NCBI RefSeq assembly: GCF_018977255.1
Contig: NW_024704742.1
Span: 25,606,001-25,670,000, forward strand
From: Callorhinchus milii
Taxonomy: Eukaryota
Reading direction: 5' to 3'
Length of the DNA stretch: 64,000 nucleotides
Position 1 is the first letter of the stretch. The number at the start of each line of letters is the position of its first letter. Of this stretch, positions 1 to 12,447 are shown piece by piece. The notes beneath the pieces were generated by a model that was not told where the DNA came from, did not search any database, and saw nothing but the letters and a program-made list of their open reading frames with translations. The translations under genes were made by a program, and so were the position numbers.

Positions 1-268
1 CCTCTGTTTACCAAGCAGTAAGTAGGAATCTGGTTATGAGTCAATTGCTGGATCGCTATTTCTATAATAATCACTTATGACAAAAAATAAAAATAATAAT
101 TTGGTCTCTCAATCCCCAGACTGTGGGACACTGCTGTGCACAATTGGCTGCCACATTTCGCCCACAAAATATACAGTCAACTCACTTTACGGTATATTCC
201 ATGAAGCATTTTGAGACGTTTAAAAGCCGTGATAAGGCGCTATATCAAATGCAAGGATTATTATTATA
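1..268 (+). mobile_element. tRNA-derived SINE family A, long subfamily, cut by window edge
   Basis: cctctgtttacc..gcagtaagtagg central block, gtgggacactgctgtgcacaattggctgcc body, L2-type tail caaatgcaaggattattatta. Confidence 0.88.
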
Positions 269-1425
269 TAAAGAAGCAGAGAAGAACTGGTTATTTCAAG
301 TGCTACGTTTCACATAAAATAGTCAGTTGTCTTGCCAAATTTCACTTACAGATACAGCAGCACATTCTACAAATCTGAAGCACTTGTTTGAAGTGTCTAA
401 AATATGTTTTTGTTGTATGGTCTTTTTGTTTTCGTTTCATTTGAAGGAATGATTTTATGGGCTGTGGTACAAAGGTTCGTAAAATTGGCATTTTTCTAGT
501 TTTGATAAATTTTGACCCAAGCTTTAAGAAAACAACTTGGCAAACTAGTTCTGGGTTTATCAGAATTGAACTCCACTAGAACATGTTTCCAACAGAGGAA
601 AATTGTATACTTTGAAAAGACTAACAAACCAAGAACTAGTTACAAAAACAGAATTAGAAATAAATTAAAACTTAGGGTTTTGCGGTCTAGACAAAACCTT
701 AACTCTGTGCGCTTCCCAGTCTCCAGTCGACTCCTGACACTGAAAAGGTAATTGAACTTGGTCTCTAATTACTGGATTAGACACAGATGGGCTTGTGCAC
801 TTCAGAAAAAGAACTGTTTTGATTCATTTTCATGATTGCCTGGAAGGTCAGACTTCTTCAGAATTGACTTTCATCTCTTGAATAAGTTCTCAATTCCTCG
901 GGGTGCATCTTAAATGATGTTTTCAACCAATCTGACCTATATCATATCATGCATCAAACTGCTACCCAACCGTTTACGTAGATGTGCCACATTGCGTATA
1001 AAGTCCTGAAGGTTAAGTGCCACATCTTTCAGAACACAAATGGCAGATAATGAGGCTGCAAATGAGTCAAATACAGCAAGATGACATTCCCATCCCTCTA
1101 AACAGGGTCCTTGTTAACTCTCTATGTAATTTTCTCACTGCTGCACCTTTTGGGCAGGCAGAAAGTCATGGGAACGTAACAGGATGTTGGCAGCACAAAT
1201 AAGAACAAGAAAATGAGGATGAAAGAAAAGGTTTAGTAAATTTCTTATTTTAAGACAAAAAAATTAAAAGCCCATCCAAAGAAAAGGTACAGATTTGCAT
1301 GGGGAAGGGTTACTGAAAAGCAATAAGATGTGCAACGGTGAGTCACTTCAAATCAAAATAAATTGCGTGAAGAATAGTTACTGTAAACTTTGAATAAAAA
1401 GTTCCAATAGAGCAATATTGTAGTA

Positions 1426-1753
1426 CAGGGTGTTCATAAAGTCATGTTATCTCCCCCTGTTTTTTTTCTTACAATTAATTTTTATTTTGTGATTTAGGTG
1501 AGTCGTGTGTTTGATACCAGTAACTTCCTCGTTGCTCCATCATGTTACGGATGATGTCGCAATGAACATGGTGATGGATCATTATCGCCATGAAAACGAT
1601 GGCGCTCACACCAATCCTCCTGATGTCTAAATACAGTTATACTTGTACTGAACACAATTAAATACTTCTAAATATCATTACTGTAATTTTCCATATGTTT
1701 TCAGTTATTGGTAGTGCACTGTAGAAAACAAACAGGACTTTGTGAACACCCTA
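1426..1753. mobile_element. Tc1/mariner-type MITE (about 330 bp)
   Basis: TA then CAGGGTGTTCATAAAGTCATGTT at 1426; inverted copy AACAGGACTTTGTGAACACCCTA ending 1753 (20/23 match). No coding capacity. Confidence 0.72.
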
Positions 1754-2331
1754 GAGATTACAAAAACACAAGTCTACTCATGTTATTGAGAAACCTAGGT
1801 GAGCGCTAAGTTTTTAAGCTAAGATTAAATCGCCTTGTTCTGGATTTTCCACCTTGAAGGAAGAGTCACTGCCTATAAACCTTATTAAATCCAGTTATTT
1901 TGAGGATCTCAATCTGGTCACCAATTAACCTCCTGAACTCTAGGGAATACAATCCAAGTGTTCACAGTCTTGCAGTATCATAGCAGAGCTCAGCCCAAAA
2001 TTGAACGACAGCCTGATGTCCCTGGGTGTAGCGCACGAAGGGTGAAAACAACAGCAGAGAAAACAAGTCAGTGAGTCTATAGAATAAAGGGAAGATGGGG
2101 AAATGCAAAGGGTTCCAAAATTTTGAAGCTGTGAGAAAGATTGCATTTGAATTCCAGATTAGGATGTACATTGAACTTTGATTTCAATACACTAAGTTTG
2201 CACTGAAGAAAAGTTTGTAGGAGTTAGACTTCAATAATATTGAAATCTAACTGCTGTATCATGCAGTAAGTCAGAATGGAACCCAAAATTGCTGTTTCCC
2301 ACTCCAAATCATTATACTGCCGGAAGCAAAT

Positions 2332-2389
2332 CAACAACAACTTGCATTTATATCACGCCCTTCATGCCAGACGGCGTCTCAGAGTGCTT
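2332..2389 (-). mobile_element. Very short 5'-truncated L2 3' tail
   Basis: Reverse complement reads aagcactctgagacgccgtctggcatgaagggcgtgatataaatgcaagttgttgttg. Similar stubs at about 11135, 17060, 42945, 53240, 56590, 57860 and 58740. Confidence 0.75.
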
Positions 2390-2867
2390 AGATTACAAAA
2401 ACACAGGTCTACTCATGCTATTGAGAAACCTAGGTGAATGCTAAGATTATATCCCGATGTTCTTCCAGCACTATAAAAGGGGTATTAAATGCATTTCTTT
2501 TACAATAACTGCAGGAAGTTTGGGTACAGCTTTTCTATTCACATTTACTTTACTGATTTACAAGACTTTGAGCAAACAAAAGATATTTAAAGTCTTCTTT
2601 TCAGAGTCAATTTCGAGAATTGTGGATTACAAGCAACTTGTGGTGAAACAAAAAAAACTATTGAATGTGCAGTTCAGTAAACCTTAACATCCCAAATTGT
2701 ACACTAAACAATGGAACTCTTGATCGTCTTTATCATAGGAGTTATAAAATTGCTTCTGTTTTTGTTTTCAGATTTCCAGCATCTGCAGTATTTTGCGTTT
2801 AGCTGAATTTTTATTTTGAGTAGTTCAGAGACTATGACAGGAAACGATCAGCACTGTTGACATATTA

Positions 2868-3055
2868 ATAATAGTAATACTAATAGTAATCCTTGCATTT
2901 GATATAGTGCTTTTCACATCTTGTAGTCATCTCAAAGAGCTTCACAGAATATACTCTAAAGTGAATTGACTGTATATGTGTAGGCAAATCGCGGCAGCCA
3001 ATTGCACACAGCGGTGTCCCACAAACAATCGTGGCTTGAGTGACCAATTTTTTTT
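2868..3055 (-). mobile_element. SINE family A, 3' half
   Basis: taatccttgcatttgatatag...gcagccaattgcacacagcggtgtcccacaaac. Confidence 0.88.
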
Positions 3056-3819
3056 ACATGAAGTGCAATATTAATTGTGTTTGGGCAAAGTGCTCAATTG
3101 ACAACTTTGGTTCTGAAATAGACAATTGTGTAAAACCTGGCTCCTACAAGAATAATTTAGGCTCAAATTTGCTTATGTTCCCAGCATATGTCAGAGTGAA
3201 TGGCAGAATCCTAACTTACCACATGTTGTGTTCTATATAAAAAATACTTACATAAGGGCTTCGCAACACAGTTGGACGAAACGGCAGCTTATTATTCTTG
3301 TAAGCCAGCCTTGCCAAATCAAAATTCTAGCTGCACCAATGAATTCTGGGCACCCAATGCCTTCTATTGTTTGCAAAGTGCCACAAGCTATATTTCAGCA
3401 AGCACTGCGTATAGTGCAGCTGTATCGGTTTGCTGAGTGAACTTCAGCGTGGGTCACTGACATGTTCTTCAGTATGGTCCCCCAGTGCAAATGTAGTTTC
3501 TACATGCTGGCGTATTTCCACGTTGGGGTCTAAAAAGTGGCGGCTGGCGATAGGATTCACTAATAACTCAAAAGTTTTGAATGGGAAATTTGGCAGATAA
3601 ACAGTAGGCAGTCACTGTCAACTCTTGAGAACTTTGTGATCTACTTCTGTCCCTTTGGGGAAGGGATCCTGTGAATTGACACTGATGTATTGCCGGTTAC
3701 CAGCAGGATTCCAAATTAGCAAACAATCTGCAAATAATAAATCCTGTTGTGAACCTCCGCTCTTTGAAACACATACGAAACCACTGAGGAAATTTATATA
3801 TCGAGTATTTTCTTCCCTC

Positions 3820-4300
3820 GTCTTGGAAAACTAGTCCAGTTCCTGAGCCAGTACTCCTGGGCACTACTGATGACACATCAACCAGTCTGCCTCATTGGCA
3901 AGACTTGGAGAGGCAGACCAGTCACTGGGAGCAGGGATACTTTCTGCTCAGATCAACTTGCAAGCCAAAGCCCTGATTTGTAGAGTGGTCCTTGCTGGAC
4001 AACCAGTGGCAATCTTGCCAGACAGTGATCTCGATTGCAAGCTATGAAGTTTTGCTATTGAACTCCAGCAATATCCCAACATACGCTCTGGGATCTCATA
4101 ACCTTGCCTCATGCCAACCTGTGCCTAATACTCTCCAAAATTAGGTAAAGCAGAGAAAGAGAGAGTGCTTATTCCATTCCAGATGTAGGAAAAATTCCAT
4201 GTGAAGATAGCATACATATGTGGAACTCTCAGTTTGGTTTGGATACTCTTAAACATGGTGATGGTTAACTCAGTGACGTGGAAACCCAACAAAAACATGA
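3820..4300 (+). repeat. Unclassified dispersed repeat family X (diverged copy)
   Basis: Shares ggcagaccagtcactggg, tgcaagccaaagccct and gcaagctatg blocks with 41583-41868 and 48860-49425. Confidence 0.7.
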
Positions 4301-7300
4301 ATGCAGAGAGTGCAGATAACGTGGGCCTTAAACAAAACTTTTAATGGTGTGGATGTTGTTATACATAATATTACTGTGGTATTTTGATATTCTTTCTTGA
4401 AAACTACATTTCCCTCTCCAATCACCAAACCCTCCTTAAATCAAGTTTTACATCTGATTTCATCTGACCTTTAAACTAATGTTTTCTGCAGAAATCACAA
4501 TTTACAACTGATGAAAGCCTTCACCTCCAATCCATTCAGTGCAAGAGGAAGTCTGCATTACCCAGCTATTTTGGCCTCTATGTGCAAGCATGAACGGCAG
4601 TTGTGTGAACCATTGACTGGCTGGTCAATTCAACACATAACAACAGACTGTTGCACAAAAAGAGATGTCTAATCATTAGGGAATTATGAAACACGGCACT
4701 GTTCAGCGTTTCAAAATTCCCTAGTAATTGGACAGCTCTATCTGGTTAGCTCAGTCATGGGCAAAAGTGGAACACAAATAGCTTTCTAAATCTCTGAATT
4801 CATCACCAGTGACACAGATCACTACATCCCGAGAAGGTAGGTGAGCAGTGTTGTGTGTGTTGTTTTGAACTTGTGGCAAATATTAATGAGCTTCTTTCCT
4901 TCCATTTTATCTTGCTCTGGCAGAAACAATTTATGGGCTTTTTAAGGATAGTCTCTCATAAAATAGCAAAACATTCAAAGATGTGTAAAATGGTATTGAT
5001 ATGTGAGAACATCAATGCAAAAAATAATTAGAATTTTAGGATTTTCTATTTGCCAGCATGAGATAAGAAGACAGGATACACTGGGAATAAGAAGAGACAA
5101 GGTAAAAAAAAACAATTGTTACACAAAATATGCATTTGGATTTTGAAACAAACAATTTCAGTTACTTACTTGTTGAAAATCAGTTATTTGGGATTATATT
5201 TTGCATTTTCCACGCTATCTAACAATGTCCATGTATGCAGTGCAGTTATCTCTTTTGCACTGGCAAAATAAATTGGTCTAATTGAGTCCAATGAATAGGC
5301 CCAGTAGGCTTAAAACAACAACAATTTACGCTTAAATAGGCAGCTCCTTTCACATTGGGAGAAAGCCTCAAGGTGCTTCAGTAGGAACTGGAAGGAACAA
5401 TAAATAATAGGAATATTGTAGGTGTCAAATGAAAATGGGACTCAAAACTACTGAAAAAAAATGAACAGCTTCAGATACATTACAATATGATAGTGTCAGT
5501 TTAATATGCAAGAGGAGTGAAGTGTTGAGAACAGTTTGATCCCGATATTATTAGTTTTAAAAATCTCTCTCCGTCTCTTTTTCGGACAGTTGTTTAAAAT
5601 GCTTTTGACAGAGTAACTTTAGATTGAAGGAAATTGTGAATAGGGCCTTTTAAGTCTTTCTAATTGTGAAAAAATGTGTAGCTGTCCCTGAAATAGTGCC
5701 CAGCAGAGTATGGAATAAGAAATACGATCTCAAACGGGGCACATCTGTTTAATATTATAAGCAAACTATTATAACTTCACTTTTAATTTAATGCTTACCC
5801 CTTTTGACGCGGTATCTTTAATCACAGCCTTATGAGAGTATCATTTTTCTAACAGAAACTGTTAAATATTAAGAAAATGTTATTGGTGGGTGTTTGTAAA
5901 ATCATAGTTAGCAAGCTTTTTACGTTTGCAAAATCTGACCACAAGCTAACTGGCTATAAGCCACTGCATGCCAATTTTACGCAGTTCTTCGGTGCCCAGT
6001 GATGTTTCAAACATACAGAATCTCAGAGTCGCAGTTAACAAAATGAAGTATCAAGTGTTTTTTTTAAGACTGTATAAAAAAATTAAATGCCTAGCGTGTT
6101 TATTTTAATTAATCAGTTATGTTCTATCTATGGCAGTTTTATAGGAAATTGCATTTTCATTGGTAGTGGTAAATGATGCCTATTGTTGGGTTCGTGGTTG
6201 GGAGAGCAGTTAACTGCAGGAGAAAATGTAATTGATCAAAGTGAAACACCACAAGCAGGGAAAGAACAGTGGGAAACACTCAAAACATGCAAGGAAAACG
6301 TACTGAAATCTCACTGATGAACAACAGCACATTCTGCTTTCTGTACGGTTGGCATCCCAGAAGCATCCGATATTTCAGAACTCTGGCCAAAGGCCAGTTA
6401 GAAAACATCAGCCGTAATTTAGACGGATAGCAAGATACTGTTCCAATGATAAACAATCAATGTGATCTGAAATAATTCCCCTGGAATGTACTTCTTCATT
6501 TTCTATATTGTCCATGGATAGGCAGACCTACAAAGTTGTATATTTGATAACTTACTTCCAAGTATTTGAGAAATTCATAATGGAGCTGTGATACTACACA
6601 AACATTTAGTGTTTTTAAAGTCTGTCCATTAAATGTTGCAAAACTATTTTTAAAAAACATAATTTTCAGACCTTACATTGACCTATTGCTGTTGGCCCAC
6701 TGTACAATGCTGTGCAAATTCCAGAAAGTGAACAGATGTAATAAAGATTACAATGTTCACACAAAGCCTATACAATTCATTTGTCAAAATCATCAGTGTC
6801 ATAATATGCAATATTTACTTAAGATTTTTGACATTTCAGAATGAAATCTTGCAAAATGCACTGTATAAACTCACCATTTGTAGAATGGAAAAGTTGCACA
6901 TAGCAGACCTAGAGGGCAAAACAGCAGGATCAGGGCTCTCTTAGCAATTGCAAAACTACAAGTGCTCAGTGTTAATCGGGTACAGATACTGAATCACTCG
7001 TTCACTTTCATGATCACTGAACACCTCACAAAAACGTGCCTGCATTGTACTGACATCCACCCCTTTGTAAATAATAAAAAATCATTACACTTAATAGACA
7101 ACTCATAGACCCGAGGCCAGCATCGCCAATTACAGCAGCACCAACTCAATTCATGAATATTGCATGTTTTCACCATGTGTCTATGTGGACACAGAAGCTC
7201 ACTGAGGGAAGGTGGAACAAACACTGCATTCCCGCTATGTAAAGTGCCAAAGAACAAGTTAACGGTTGCAAAAATAAACGTTTTCTTTAAAAAAAACTTG

Positions 7301-8888
7301 CCATGCAATGCAGTACAACAGTGTAAGTATACGTATCCAAATTAATATGCTTTACAATATTTGAAAACACGATTACTTAAAAAAAAGCGAAGAACATTTT
7401 TCATCATTTGTACACTACTGTCTTAAATTCCAATTTGAACAGACATCTGGGGGCATTTTCAAAAGGCTAATTACACTGAACAGCAGAACAAAAATGGGGT
7501 GGTTTATTGTAAATGGAATCATTTAAATTTACCAATTACATCATTTACGATCATTATTGCCCCTGAGGTGCTCATTAATGACCATAAATGTCTGAACAAA
7601 ATAACGGTCTCTATTTTTAACTGATACACTGTAATCTGCAGGCACTCTCGCATCACAGCTCTGTCCTTTGTAGCGCTCCAACAATATTTTTGTGAAGTTG
7701 TCAGCACTCCAGCAGCACTGCTTTTAAACTCTTCAGTGGTCTAGGGCTGTGTTGAGTTACTGGGTATAAGCACAGAGCTGTTTGACTTGCTGATTCGCTG
7801 CAGTTACAGCAAATTAGTTATTGGCAATGGAATTTTTCCATTAATTTTTGCCCAAACTTTTTGGCCAGGTAGTTGGAGGATAAAACTGCGGGCTTTTTTT
7901 AAAAAATATAAACTTGCAGAAGCTGTACTTTTAGAATTAAGCAAAGTGGAAAAACAGGAAGAAATCTTTATCGTGGGACTGGAAAACTGTGCTACTCACA
8001 ACAAATGCAACGTCGGCAAGAAAGGCTTGTGGAGATCATTGAAAGCCATCAAATTGGGTGAAGCACACACCACACAAAAAAACAGAACTGTGCACTTTAA
8101 AATTTTCAGCCACAAAATCGGTCAGCTTTTTCAATATAAACTTGGGCTATTCATATAAACTGCATACAAACATTCAGTTTGCTAACAAGAGCTCAAAACC
8201 ACTGCTCCTCAACTTACCCAGTTTTCCCCTTTCTAACTTGGTTCTATCTTGCATGTTAGGACTTGACACTTCATCTACGTGTCTTAATTGTATATTGTTT
8301 GAAAACCATGAATAAAATTGATAATTTTTCCTAATGCTGTTTGTGGGACATTACTGATGGACATCTTTGTTGCGTTTACCTTCATAATTATGACACTTTA
8401 AAATTCATTACTGAAACACTGACGACATGGTAAGGCATTATATCAAATGCATTTTTTAATATTAAAATCGCACACTGGTACTCAAACACAAGGGTCCCAA
8501 CAGAGTACTAGGAGATTCTCATACCGCATAATTCTGATTGGTTGTGCCATCTGGGTCAGGCAGGAACCCAAGCAATTTCTCCAAGAAAAAGTTGGGACTT
8601 AAGACAGCTGCATTGGCTAAGACATGTCAGCAGGTTGAACGTACAACCTAATGAAGAAAGGATTTTTTTTAAATGTCCAAAAGAAGCAATAGAGGGAACA
8701 GAAAGCACTTTAAAATAGTTCTGAACAGTACAATTAAGTTAATCCATGATCACACGAGCCCAAACAAAAGGTCTTCAAATTTTGTTTGGTCAGACACGTA
8801 CGGAAACTCATCACCATGCATGCTTAAGAGTATCCAAACCAAACAGAGTTCCATGCATCCCACTACAGATGGAAATTCCCTTATTGGG

Positions 8889-9208
8889 AATAATAATAAT
8901 CCTTGCATTTGCTATAGCACTTTTCACGTCTTCTAGACGTCTCAAAGCGCTTCACACAATATACTGTAAAGTGAATTGACTGTATATTTGTGGGCGAAAC
9001 GCGGCAGCCAATTGCACACAGCAGTGTCCCACAAACAGTCGTGGATTGAAGTGACCAATTTTATTGGGTTTTCTTTGTTTTTTTCTTGAGGGATTAGTAT
9101 TAGGCATGCGGAGTAAGGAAACTTGCCCAAAGTTTCACTCTGCCAGGAATCGAACCCAGGTCTCTGGCTTGCATGGCGAGTGCTCTAACCACTGTGCTTC
9201 AGGACTCC
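8889..9208 (-). mobile_element. SINE family A, full length, short subfamily
   Basis: tRNA-like head (minus strand ggagtcctgaagcacagtggttagagc...ggttcgattcc), ttgggcaagtttccttactcc block, (TAT)n tail. Confidence 0.92.
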
Positions 9209-9359
9209 AATGGGTGTTTAATAGAAACATCTTGTTTCAACTGCAAAAAACAATCCCAGTATTTACACCCGGTTGAAGACTTGGTATCCTCTAGGTTAGA
9301 ACATACACTCTCTCTCTCTCTGCTTACCTAATCCCGGAGGGTATTAGCCACAGGATGGC

Positions 9360-9470
9360 AAGAGCCAAGACTTGGGGACCAGAGAGGGTGTGCTTTCAGA
9401 GACTGCTGGAGTTTAACAAGCTAAGACCACATAGCTTGCCATTGAAAGCACTGTCCTGCAATCTTCGCAT
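9360..9470 (-). repeat. Family X fragment
   Basis: cttggggacc...catagcttgccattga..actgtcc is the reverse complement of about 49170-49262. Confidence 0.6.
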
Positions 9471-9592
9471 TGCTTACTGTTGCCACTTGGCTGTTTTTTA
9501 ACCGGCCTTTAGTCTTGCATGTCATACTGAGCTGTGTTGCTCACCAGGATGATCACAGGGAATTCCTGGTAATGTACTTGCCATCCACCTAG

Positions 9593-10080
9593 TGGCTCCC
9601 CATCCCCCAGAGGATCGAGTTCAAGATCCTCGTCCTCACCTATAAGGCCATCCATGGCCTTGACCCCTCCTACCTCTCTTACCTGCTGACTCCCTACCAA
9701 TCTGCCCGTTCCCTCCGTTCATCGGGCTCCGGCCTACTCCATGTCACCCTCCCGACCCGCCGGTGGCCGGGCTTACAACAACAACAAGATTCCATTTATA
9801 GAGCGCCTTTCACGTCGGGAGGACGTCCCAAGGCGCCTCTCTGCCCCCACACTCTGGAACTCCATCCCATGGTCCCTTCGCCTCGCTTCCTCCCTTGCCT
9901 CCTTTAAGACCCTTCTCTTTGACTGTGCCTTCGGTCTCCCTCCCTGCCTTCCCCCAACCCTAAACCACCCCTCCCCCATGCTCGGGCCCCGACACCTGAC
10001 TATTCAGCACTTTGGGACGTCCTTCCGACGTGAAAGGCGCTTTATAAATGTAATTTTGTTGTTGTTTGTTTGTTGTTGTT
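9593..10080 (+). mobile_element. L2 LINE 3' fragment (ORF2 C-terminus, 3'UTR, (TTG)n tail)
   Basis: Encodes WLPIPQRIEFKILVLTYKAIHGLDPSYLSYLLTPYQSARSLRSS...GGRA..SAPTLWNSIP, typical of the L2 ORF2 end. Contains an antisense tail stub at 9775-9836. Confidence 0.92.
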
Positions 10081-11279
10081 GCTAGTGAGGGTTCAATCCT
10101 GCGCTTGCCAGATGTCAAATAGGATAATGTCATCTTCTGCATATTTACCTAATAGCATGGCATTATCGGCATTATTGGAAACCAATTTCCATCGTGCTTC
10201 CGTTACCTCATGCAATTCCCAGACTCAAAAATCAAAAACAAGTGCATGCTAGAGACATCTTACATTTACTTCTCCACACACAAATTCTTTGCAGACATTT
10301 TCTATTCAAGCACTGAATAGGGAGCTTCACCTTGGCGGAATAATTCATTGATTTGCAGACTGACTAATCCAATTCAAGCCCACTCTTCTATCTTTCAAGA
10401 TTAGGATCGGCCCCAGACAGTCTACTGAAAAGGGAAGGGAGCCAGAGTCTCTCAGGCACATTTACAAAAATACAATTAACAGTGCAACACTGACAATTTT
10501 TAATTTATAAAGTTTTAATAAAAGCAACTGATACACTTTTCAAATAAAAATTAAGACTGAACTAAATCAAATTGCGTGATTTTAGATAAACAAGTTTCAA
10601 TCCATCGTCTCATCTTAAAATGAAACAAAACCAGGTGAGGACAGGATCTTCTAAAGGATGAACAGGAAACAAAGTTGGTCTCACACTGGATGTCGGGGTT
10701 ATTTATTCACCGATTCTTACCCTGGCGTACCCTGTCAGTGACACCATTCCCACCATTTTGTTTCCTGCATATCTGCATCGTTTGCACACTGAAAAAGCAG
10801 CTCCAGCAGAGATATAAAACTCTGTAGTGAATGTATGCCAACAGTTTATACTGTGAAAAAATGCATTATAAAGCTGGTGTAAACCATGTAAATGTGAAAG
10901 CAAATCAAATTGGAGCCAGGCTGGGAAGACCATGTTAAGGTTTGCATTCACTGCAGTTGAGATGCAGGCAGCACAAATCGATTCGGCATCCACTCAGAAA
11001 TGAGATCCGTGAACCTTGCAAAAACCTTCAATGGAGCATTAATACTTTTATTACAGTGCCTCAGTGACAGAAACAGCTCTTTAATACAACATCTTACATA
11101 TATATGGTACCTTTCTCATTGGGAGGATGTCTCAAAGCGCTCTGGGGCGCTACCCTGCATGAGGGTCACGATGTAAATGCAGGTTGTTATTGTTCGTACA
11201 ACGGATTGGGAGCCCAAGCTGGGGGGGGGGGGGGAGTGGTGTTGGGAGAGGTAGGAAGCTGCAATAAAAAGGGGAGAGG

Positions 11280-11440
11280 AAAGGTGGCTGAAAGCACATT
11301 CAAAGAGATTGGTTCAAAGCAGATTTCGAAGGTGGAGAGGGAAGGGAGGCAAGGCAGAGGGACTTCGGGATGGAGTTCCGGAGAGCAGAATGGCTGTAAG
11401 CTTGCTCACTGATAGTGGGGCAGAGCAGACGGGGGCTTGA
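11280..11440 (-). mobile_element. L2 3' fragment, diverged
   Basis: gaaggtggagagggaagggaggcaaggcagagggacttcgggatggagttcc, antisense to the L2 LWNSIP..L region. Confidence 0.65.
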
Positions 11441-12051
11441 AGCAACACCAAGGATCTTAACTACAGTCTCCTCAAAGATTTTAGGAAATTCCAAGCATAT
11501 TTGAAAAAGGAATCCTATTATCCGATGACAGGAAGTCACTGAATAAAGTCTGAAGTCCTCTGAAGCCACTTTAAAGCTCTGATGGGACAAGACAGCATTC
11601 ATAAACACTGCAGTCCTGCTTCTAAGAGCTTATTATGGATTAAGAAAAATACTTTTGAATCACAACATTTCAAACAAAATGACAAAATTTTGTAGAAATT
11701 CTGTATTCACTGCAGAATGTTTCCATCAAATGATACATACTACAATCTTTTGAATTGCAAGAATACTACAGTCTGAATAAATGTTCTTGGACATTATATA
11801 CATCTTGTTCAACTCTAAACTATTAAAAATTCAAAACATGCAGAACATTTCTGTAACTGCTCTTAGGGAGAGATACTGTTGGTGCCCTCAAATTATAGTG
11901 TTCTTTAAAATGTTTGACTAGGAGTTTTAATGATAAGCACCACATCTAAACTAAACAACTCCATCACATTACACAGTATGTTAATAATTTAACATAACCA
12001 TCTGAGAAAACCATTCTGTTCAATGCTGCATTTGCTTACCAACATGGTGCA

Positions 12052-12447
12052 TTAATAATAATCCTTGCATTTGATATAGCACCTTATCACATCATTGACA
12101 CATCTCAAAGAACTTTACAGAATATACTGTAAATTAATTGAATGTATATTTTGTGGGCGAAACGCAGGGCAATTGCGCACAGCAGTATCCCACAAACATT
12201 GAGTGACCAAATTATTATTTTTCTTTGAAGGGATTATTGCCCCCGGAAGAGCAGTCCGCCAATCGATTAACAACCGGGTTCCGACTTACTCAATCCATGA
12301 CTGTAAGACACTACTGTGCGCAATTGGCTGCCGAGTTTCGCCCACAAAATACAGTCACTCCATTTACAATATATTCTGTGAAGCGCTTTGAAATGCCTCA
12401 GCAACATGATAAGGTGCTATATCAAATACAAGTATTATTATTATTAT
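12052..12447. mobile_element. Two headless SINE A copies fused in inverted orientation
   Basis: Minus copy 12052-12290 directly abuts plus copy 12291-12447; tails face outward. Confidence 0.85.

Noticed and set aside
7787-8158. 123-aa plus-strand ORF
   Set aside because: Non-ATG start, no recognisable domain, antisense within an intron; better explained as non-coding sequence.
11220-11250. Poly-G run with G-quadruplex potential (also about 19189 and 58346)
   Set aside because: Isolated homopolymer tracts at TE margins with no supporting context.
12035-12075. Minus-strand aaggattattattaatgca...GTAAG resembling STX18 exon 2 (KDYINA) with a donor
   Set aside because: The match is the SINE (TAT)n tail, out of frame, with no upstream IGKLRDFLLEHR.
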